DNA from: Chlamydiota bacterium
GTDB lineage: Bacteria; Chlamydiota; Chlamydiia; Chlamydiales; SM23-39
Assembly: GCA_048498835.1 (NCBI GenBank)
Contig: JBEHXF010000051.1
Location: 1 to 12,512 of the forward strand
DNA length: 12,512 nucleotides
Direction of reading: 5' to 3'
Below the pieces are notes generated by a model. The model was given only the letters and a program-made list of their open reading frames with translations. It searched no databases and had not been told where the DNA came from. Of this stretch, positions 6,637 through 12,512 are shown piece after piece. The first letter of the stretch is position 1. Each line of letters opens with the position of its first letter. The translations under genes were made by a program, and so were the position numbers.

Positions 6637-6685
6637 AAGTTTAAAAATTCCTTAAACTTATACGTAGAAAAAAAGTATGTGTCAA
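6637..6685 (-). promoter_or_regulatory. Promoter with operator-like palindrome, copy B
   Basis: TTGACA (6685-6680)-N17-TATAAG (6662-6657), and the same palindrome at 6637-6659. Confidence 0.7.
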
Positions 6686-6766
6686 AATTTTTGTTTACAC
6701 CGCAGGTCGTGAGTGTGTTCTAAATTGATAAGAAAAGATAATCACCGAGAATAAACTAGAAAGTCA

Positions 6767-7843
6767 TCAAATAGGTTGTCTTGTGGGCGAAGCGCTGTAT
6801 GGATTGATGAATTCTTCGAATTTGCCCGGAGGAAAATCAGTTACATAGACAAAGTCTACGTCGAAAGGGTAACCGATCCAACGATGAATCAATTGAATGA
6901 AAGCCTCTCGCTGTACTGTATTGAGGGGCTCTTCGACAATGAGGCGCAGCTCTAAGTTTGTGGCGCCCACTTGAGCCATTTGGAAGCGCTTGATCGGAGC
7001 GATTGTCCGATATTGAAGCGAACCGATCCGCGGCCAATGACTGGTACCATCGGGTAAAACGACTTGATTTCGCCTCCGTCCGAGAATTTTTTTTATCGTT
7101 TGAAGCCCCCGTCCGCAGCTGCACTCTCCCATTTCTGCGTAATCGCCAATTTCATAGCGATGGAGATAGCAGCTCGTTAAATCGGTCACAATCACGCGAC
7201 CCACATCCGCAGGCTGATCGTATTCATCCAGAATCTCGACGAGGATATTCTCCATCACGTGATAAACTTCCCTGTTGTCGGGACACTGAATGGCAATTGT
7301 CCCCACCTCTTCTGCCGAATACATGTCTGCGATGAGGGGGTGTCGATGATGGAGCGTTTCTCCCGTCGTTTTAATCCCTTTCAAACAGGTAAGCCGCTTC
7401 AAATCGATCGTCTCTAAGATCGAAGGATAAGTAGTGAGGTAGCCGGGCTGGATTTTTTGTAGCCAAGCATTGAGATCTCCTTGCACCGGGTGGCCGTAGA
7501 GTGGACCCGTGCGACCCAGAAGAGAAAAAGCAGGACCCCATTGGTCTTGAAACATCTCTTGTTCGATAGCTGGCCGGATCACGGCAAAAGATTGAGTGAT
7601 ATCTCGCTTATGCCAGAGAATTTCCCTCATATTCGTGGCGCTCCACCAAAGCGCTGAGAGCTTGGTTCTCTGCACTTCTACCGGAATACCTGTTGAACCA
7701 GAGGTTTTTGAGACGAAGTCCCCTTTGGGCGCCTTCATCTCTTGTAGATCATACCTCGTTAAAATAGGCCCCTTTAAAACGGGGCGAGGACGCTTCTCCC
7801 ACTGTGTTCGTTCAAGTTGTAGGAGAAGCGTTTTAAGATTCAT
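6767..7843 (-). CDS. Phenylacetate-CoA ligase/CapK-like adenylate-forming (ANL) enzyme, compact form
   Basis: P-loop TSGSTGIP, TTGETL, YSAEEVG, QCP..YHV.ENILVEILD, GRVIVTDL, RYEIGD, CSCGRGL, ILGRRRN and terminal GKFEEF. Confidence 0.88.
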   Translation of the reverse strand: MNLKTLLLQLERTQWEKRPRPVLKGPILTRYDLQEMKAPKGDFVSKTSGSTGIPVEVQRTKLSALWWSATNMREILWHKRDITQSFAVIRPAIEQEMFQDQWGPAFSLLGRTGPLYGHPVQGDLNAWLQKIQPGYLTTYPSILETIDLKRLTCLKGIKTTGETLHHRHPLIADMYSAEEVGTIAIQCPDNREVYHVMENILVEILDEYDQPADVGRVIVTDLTSCYLHRYEIGDYAEMGECSCGRGLQTIKKILGRRRNQVVLPDGTSHWPRIGSLQYRTIAPIKRFQMAQVGATNLELRLIVEEPLNTVQREAFIQLIHRWIGYPFDVDFVYVTDFPPGKFEEFINPYSASPTRQPI

Positions 7844-7845
7844 AC

Positions 7846-10137
7846 TTAGAAATCAATGCCGCTAAACAGGCTGACGAAATAAGATTGGTAAGAGCTACCC
7901 GCTGTTGTTTGGAACGAGAAGCCACCGTACGGAATCGAAGTGTTTGCCGGTACAAAACAACCTAAGATTTGAACAGCAGCCAGGTTTTGCACCTGCGAGC
8001 TCGCTACGGCAACAGGGAATGTAGCCGCTGAGCCAACAAACGAGGTCGTAGCTGGATTGACATCAAAGGGAGCTTGGTTTACGTAGCTCACTTTTTGTTC
8101 AAAGCAGAAATCGCCCCAACCATAGACAAATCGCTCATAGAAGCGGAGTCCGATTTCCGATTGCAACAAGGAGTTATAGATATTGGGAACTTGGAGGTTT
8201 AGGCCTGAAGCTCCCGTCTCGGTATAGTGATGTTGCCAATTGTTAACCCAGTCGAATTGGGCAAACGGCTCAACATAATAGAGTCCCCCATTATCGATAG
8301 CCCAAGGACTTGCTAGCTCCAGATGAGGCTCTACGATCCAACCATGCGCCTTTCCTGTCGAGGTAATTTGAGCAAGGGTATGTCGTGTGTTTTTCGTTTG
8401 GTACCAACCGCCCCAAAGAGCCAGCGCAAACCAGAAATGGTCGGTGTAATAAGAACCATAGAGCGAGCCCATCTCTTCTTGTACTTTTGCATGCCCAATT
8501 CCTTGCGAATACTGAACATAGTTAAAAGCATAACCAGCGGTAGCGCCAACAATAAAGTTATCTCCTTGCCGATCATAACCGACCAGAACACCACCCACTT
8601 CGTTTGAGTACCGAGGGATCGATCCTTGCTCTTTCAAATAGACAAAATCTCCAAAAGGCTCTACCCAAAATGAATTTGGCTTATACGTTGGCGTTGTTCC
8701 ACGGACTGTCGATTGAGTCTTGGGACTCACAGCAAGAGCTCTGCCCAAACTAACTAGATCTTCTTCGTTGTACGCCACGTCTCCCTGATTGTCAGCCACA
8801 TTTGCCGGGCTCATCCCCTTTCTCTTCTTCGTCCACAGCCTGTTTTGCTGAGTCAATCGATTTTCAAGCGCTGATGCTGCAGCCAGCTGCGCATAAGCGA
8901 TGCTTCCAAAAGGACCCGCAGATTTTGGTGTAGCTTGATCGAGGATGGCGTCGCCCATTATGAGTGCAACGCTGTTAATCCCTGTCGCGTCCGTTAACGT
9001 GAGCTCAGTCAAAGTCCCATTCGGCGCCACCAGAGCGACGTAACCACTGGGATCTATTGATGTACCACCAACCAACCCCACACCTTCATTATTGATCGCA
9101 ACAGAATTAATTTCTCCTGCAGGAAACAAATCCCAATGTATCGAAGTCATTCTTCCATCCGGATGAACAAAAGCAGCATAAAAATTTGGACCATTATTAC
9201 CGCCTATCAAACCTACCCCTTCATCATTTAGCGCCACACTGTTGATAGCTCCATTAAAAGGACTATCGAATAACACGGTGACATCGCCATTCGCCTGGGC
9301 ATAGGCCGCATAAACTTGCGAGCTAAAATCCTGACCGCCAATTAAAGCTTTGCCCTGGTTATTAATCGCAACAGAGCTTAGCTGTCCATTTGAGCTAGTA
9401 TCTAATACCGTAGAAACTGTTCCGTCGGGACTTACGAAGGCTGCATAAACACTGCTAACCTGGCGTCCACCAACAATTCCATTTCCTGCGCTATTGAGCG
9501 CCGTAGCGTAAATATGACCATTATCTACTTCTGGCGTACCCGTAATGCGAGTGACATCTCCATTTGAAGCCACATAGGCCCCATACATAAAGCCATCATT
9601 CCCCTCGCCTCCAACCAAGCCGAAGCCAGAATTGCTCATCGCAACATCTTCTATATTACCGAGAGAGAAAGAAATCGGCGTCACAGTTCCATCAGACAAG
9701 ACATGTGCCAAATAAGTGGCATTAAGAGAAAAATCGGTTCCACCGATTAAGCCCAGTCCGGCGTCATTGAGAGCGACATTTGGAATTTCACCAGTAGATA
9801 CAGAAAGAGTCAGTGGTAGAAGCGTTCCATCAGCTGAAACAAAAGAAGCATAGGCAGCAGAATCGGAACGTCCTCCAATCAAACTTAAACCCGAGCTATT
9901 GATCGCAACAGAGCTAATCAATGAAACACCTGTGGTGGGAACACCCGAAATCGGTGTTACTGAACCATCTGCACTTGTGATCAAAGCAGCATAGCTTCCA
10001 TCCGACGACTCTCCACCCATAATCCCCACAGGAATATCAGCATAGGCAGCGACTCCAAACCCAAGCAGTCCAGCAAATAGGAGCTTCATGGAAGATTCCC
10101 AGTTCAATTGGTGTTTAGATCTGTTGCGCTTCTTCAT
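7846..10137 (-). CDS. Type Va autotransporter with repeat (beta-propeller) passenger
   Basis: Signal peptide ending VAAYA, ~45-aa repeats [VA(I/L)NxxGxxL(I/V)GG...YAAFVxxDGxV], and a C-terminal barrel starting SFWVEPFG with GGVLVGYD and YTETGASGLNL, ending in Phe (SGIDF). ATG 10137 has AGAGGA SD; ATG 10089 is the alternative. Confidence 0.9.
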   Translation of the reverse strand: MKKRNRSKHQLNWESSMKLLFAGLLGFGVAAYADIPVGIMGGESSDGSYAALITSADGSVTPISGVPTTGVSLISSVAINSSGLSLIGGRSDSAAYASFVSADGTLLPLTLSVSTGEIPNVALNDAGLGLIGGTDFSLNATYLAHVLSDGTVTPISFSLGNIEDVAMSNSGFGLVGGEGNDGFMYGAYVASNGDVTRITGTPEVDNGHIYATALNSAGNGIVGGRQVSSVYAAFVSPDGTVSTVLDTSSNGQLSSVAINNQGKALIGGQDFSSQVYAAYAQANGDVTVLFDSPFNGAINSVALNDEGVGLIGGNNGPNFYAAFVHPDGRMTSIHWDLFPAGEINSVAINNEGVGLVGGTSIDPSGYVALVAPNGTLTELTLTDATGINSVALIMGDAILDQATPKSAGPFGSIAYAQLAAASALENRLTQQNRLWTKKRKGMSPANVADNQGDVAYNEEDLVSLGRALAVSPKTQSTVRGTTPTYKPNSFWVEPFGDFVYLKEQGSIPRYSNEVGGVLVGYDRQGDNFIVGATAGYAFNYVQYSQGIGHAKVQEEMGSLYGSYYTDHFWFALALWGGWYQTKNTRHTLAQITSTGKAHGWIVEPHLELASPWAIDNGGLYYVEPFAQFDWVNNWQHHYTETGASGLNLQVPNIYNSLLQSEIGLRFYERFVYGWGDFCFEQKVSYVNQAPFDVNPATTSFVGSAATFPVAVASSQVQNLAAVQILGCFVPANTSIPYGGFSFQTTAGSSYQSYFVSLFSGIDF

Positions 10138-10207
10138 TTCTTTCCTCTTGGATAGCAATCAAAAAAATCCTAGCACCTTTGGAAAAATTTTGGATATGAA
10201 AAAACAA

Positions 10208-10729
10208 CTATTTCTTCAGTTCATCGGGAAGTTCTTCCATTGAAACCACCTTTGCCAATAGGTTTGGTTTTAATGCTTTAATTCCATACCCTCGCTTGCG
10301 ATCTTGTTCTGCCAGATACCTTTTGAACTGATGATCGGGGTCTAACAAAGAAACTTTGCTTTCAAAAGGTTTATGAATGACGAGTCCCCAATCTTCTGTA
10401 AAAAGCGATTCAGATCCGTTCACTTCATACGCATCGTAAAAAGTAGTGACCGTCTGTTTCTTCTTTCCTTGATTTGTGATCACGCTAACAAGAAGTGTAG
10501 GACATGATTCTCTCAACCGAATATCTATTCTAGAATGGGCATCCATTTTCACTTTTTGCGGTTTATAGCCTAATGAAATGGGCGCCGCAAGATTGCCCGG
10601 CTTATTTGAAGAAGGGCGATAGGCCTCTTCAATGGTCATCACCTTCTCACGATCTGTTTGATTGATGAGAGTGAAAGAAAAAACTGACTGGCCGATTGCA
10701 ATGAGCGAAAAAATACACTTTCTAAACAT
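10208..10729 (-). CDS. Secreted hypothetical protein
   Basis: AAGGAG 7 nt before ATG 10729; signal peptide MFRKCIFSLIAIGQSVFS; 173 aa; no family recognised. Confidence 0.75.
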   Translation of the reverse strand: MFRKCIFSLIAIGQSVFSFTLINQTDREKVMTIEEAYRPSSNKPGNLAAPISLGYKPQKVKMDAHSRIDIRLRESCPTLLVSVITNQGKKKQTVTTFYDAYEVNGSESLFTEDWGLVIHKPFESKVSLLDPDHQFKRYLAEQDRKRGYGIKALKPNLLAKVVSMEELPDELKK

Positions 10730-10752
10730 AATCTCACTCCTTGAGATGAAAA

Positions 10753-10824
10753 AACTTATCAACGTAAATTATTTAGGGCAAGTTTTTTGAAATTCTTGCC
10801 CTTAAAGGATTGTTTTGAAATATT
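10753..10824. promoter_or_regulatory. Divergent promoter region with inverted repeat
   Basis: AGGGCAAG (10775-10782)/CTTGCCCT (10795-10802). Minus strand reads TTGCCC-N17-TAAGTT; plus strand reads TTGCCC-N17-AATATT. Confidence 0.5.
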
Positions 10825-10848
10825 GTCTTTCCTTTACAGGAAAATCTG

Positions 10849-11718
10849 ATGAAACAATCTATTCTATGCTTTCTAATCGGGATCTTTTTCTCACTTGCAG
10901 CAACCGAAAACCACACCCTTTCTGTTTGCGCAATTTTTAGGAACGAAGCTCCCTATCTGAAAGAGTGGCTTGAATTCCATCAAATGATGGGAGCTCAACA
11001 TTTTACCCTCTACAATAACGAAAGTGACGATCACTATCTCGAAATCTTAAAGCCATATGTAGAAAAGGGAATTGTAGAGCTGATCGATTGGCCGAATCAA
11101 ATGGACGAGCCGAATTGGACACACGCTCAAAAACGGGCCTACAATCATTGCGTACAGAAAGATATTGGGAAAACCAAGTGGCTCGCTCTGATCGATGTGG
11201 ACGAATTCATCATTCCCGTTGATTCGTCCGATATTCCCTCTTATCTCTCCCAATTCGATGAAAGGCCAGAAATTGGTGGTATCCAGATCAATTGGCAACT
11301 CTATGGAACATCGGGACTAGCCGATATTCCGCAAGGAAAACTACTGACAGAGTGTTTAACGAGAAAAGCTCCCTCTTATTTCATTGCGAATGAAGGGGTA
11401 GACAACACACGATATAAGTCGATTGTGCGTCCAGAAGCGGTCAATTTTTACGAAGTCCATTACGCCATTTATAAAGAAGGGTTCACTTTTTATCCCCCTC
11501 TAGACCCGCTTCATCCTATTCAAATCGACCACATTCGGATCAACCACTATTGGCCGAGAACGGAAGAGTTTTTCTATCGGACAAAACTCGACCGGAGATT
11601 ACAACTTTTTCCACTTGCTATGCAGCAGATGATCGAAAAACTCTCCATTTTGAACCAAGAAGAAGATCTCATCATGGCTAAATTTATCCCGGAGCTAAAA
11701 AACCGTCTAATTCCTTGA
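10849..11718 (+). CDS. Glycosyltransferase, GT92/GT2-like (GT-A fold)
   Basis: N-terminal signal/anchor, then LSVCAIFRNEAPYLKEWLEFH, HFTLYNNESDD, WLALIDVDEF (DxD), KSIVRP and RINHYW. Confidence 0.9.
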   Translation: MKQSILCFLIGIFFSLAATENHTLSVCAIFRNEAPYLKEWLEFHQMMGAQHFTLYNNESDDHYLEILKPYVEKGIVELIDWPNQMDEPNWTHAQKRAYNHCVQKDIGKTKWLALIDVDEFIIPVDSSDIPSYLSQFDERPEIGGIQINWQLYGTSGLADIPQGKLLTECLTRKAPSYFIANEGVDNTRYKSIVRPEAVNFYEVHYAIYKEGFTFYPPLDPLHPIQIDHIRINHYWPRTEEFFYRTKLDRRLQLFPLAMQQMIEKLSILNQEEDLIMAKFIPELKNRLIP

Positions 11719-11777
11719 CTCCTAAGTTCCGTTCACTTAAAAACTTCCTCCTTAAAATTTCTAAATTGGAGGAAGTG

Positions 11778-12224
11778 ATGAATTGGACAATCGGTTTCTT
11801 GGCTGCATCGATGCTAGTGTTTGCCCCCGCCTTTGCTAAAACGAAAGATCTCTCAGAAACAAAAAGGGTTATTTCCTGGACCGAGCTCTCTTCAGGTATG
11901 ATTAAAGAACTCGCAGTGGGATTGCATCCTGACGTTGCCATCGAATGCACAGAGGGAACAACTCTTCCTATCCAGCTTTTGAGTCATTACAACTTCTTCT
12001 CGCTCAAGCTCAACCCAAACCTTACGATCACGATTGACAAATCCTGCTATCTGCGCGTTATCAATCGCAAGCTCTACATCAGTCAAGATTTAGTCCATTG
12101 GGAAAAGGCAAAAAAATACTTTCATGGACGCATGAACGCAGATGTACAAATCGGCGATGAGCAATCGGGAGTGCTCGTAGAGACAGCCCTGGTTCCCTTT
12201 CTCTATCCAAAAGACGAAGAATGA
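11778..12224 (+). CDS. Exported hypothetical protein
   Basis: GGAGG SD before ATG 11778; signal peptide ending APAFA; 148 aa. Confidence 0.75.
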   Translation: MNWTIGFLAASMLVFAPAFAKTKDLSETKRVISWTELSSGMIKELAVGLHPDVAIECTEGTTLPIQLLSHYNFFSLKLNPNLTITIDKSCYLRVINRKLYISQDLVHWEKAKKYFHGRMNADVQIGDEQSGVLVETALVPFLYPKDEE

Positions 12225-12512
12225 CGCTACGGGTTTTGTGTATTTTATTATCATCACAGATAATCTCTCCCTCTATCGAGGGAGAGCAAATACGTCAGGC
12301 TAGGTTGAAACAAAATCAAGCAATAGCCCAAGGAGATGCCGAGCGGGCTGCTTCATTTTGGACCGATGATGTCACGATGCGCAGAGGCCTGGGTCAGGCA
12401 GTCGCGGGCAAGGAAGCTTACCAAGCCCTCATCTCCATTCCAAATAGCGCAAGCCTTATCTATGTTCGAGAACCCGATCTAATCGAAGTCAGTTCTCACT
12501 GGCCACTCGCAT
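12221..12512 (+). CDS. NTF2/SnoaL-like (DUF4440-type) protein, 5' part; runs off the window
   Basis: ATGA overlap with the previous stop. Frame is open to the end: MTLRVLCILLSSQ...IRQARLKQNQAIAQGDAERAASFWTDDVTMRRGLGQAVAGKEAY...YVREPDLIEVSSHWPLA. The A...GD....A.FWTDD...G.....G.EA pattern is typical of the fold. Confidence 0.8.
   Translation, partial: MTLRVLCILLSSQIISPSIEGEQIRQARLKQNQAIAQGDAERAASFWTDDVTMRRGLGQAVAGKEAYQALISIPNSASLIYVREPDLIEVSSHWPLA

Larger units (their letters stand above)
5679..6721. repeat. Tandem duplication unit, copy B
   Basis: Paralogous to 4528-5574. Confidence 0.92.

Noticed and set aside
4528..6721. CRISPR, insertion sequence or DGR explanation for the repeats
   Set aside because: There is no spacer array, terminal repeats, transposase or reverse transcriptase. 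Differences are largely synonymous and not adenine-specific, so this is an ordinary gene duplication.
6767..7843. True paaK of phenylacetate catabolism
   Set aside because: No paa genes are in the window and the substrate cannot be inferred, so the symbol is withheld.
4018..8607. Other nested ORFs (4018-4338, 4766-5131, 4888-5196, 5275-5463, 6048-6497, 6837-7124, 7003-7335, 7596-7865, 8323-8607, 8331-8594)
   Set aside because: They are alternative frames overlapping confident genes, with no recognisable domains.
7846..10137. Classical chlamydial Pmp
   Set aside because: It lacks repeated GGA(I/L/V)/FxxN motifs, and its repeats are propeller-like.
11047..12086. Antisense ORFs 11047-11298, 11684-11950 and 11892-12086, and the TTG start at 11715
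   Set aside because: The ORFs shadow plus-strand genes; the SD and signal peptide favour ATG 11778.

Overview
Accessory, envelope/secretion-rich region. It is most consistent with an environmental chlamydia (inference from the mix of gene families, not a database result). In order: 3' end of a patatin-like phospholipase; two convergent orphan genes with effector-like features (PPxY motifs, a putative HTH, NLS-like motifs) whose upstream regions share two motifs at identical spacing; an SPFH/band-7 protein. Then a minus-strand run: YVTN beta-propeller, small outer-membrane beta-barrel, two tandem G1 (eqolisin) glutamic peptidases from a ~1.15-kb duplication, a compact PaaK/CapK-like adenylate-forming enzyme, an autotransporter with a predicted 8-bladed beta-propeller passenger, and a secreted hypothetical protein. 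Finally a GT92/GT2-like glycosyltransferase, an exported hypothetical protein and the 5' part of an NTF2/SnoaL-like gene missing from the ORF track. No RNA gene, CRISPR array or mobile element was seen. Best leads: the possibly co-regulated pair of candidate nuclear effectors, the duplicated G1 peptidases with a conserved operator-like palindrome, and two adjacent apparently leaderless genes. All family calls come from motif recognition by eye.
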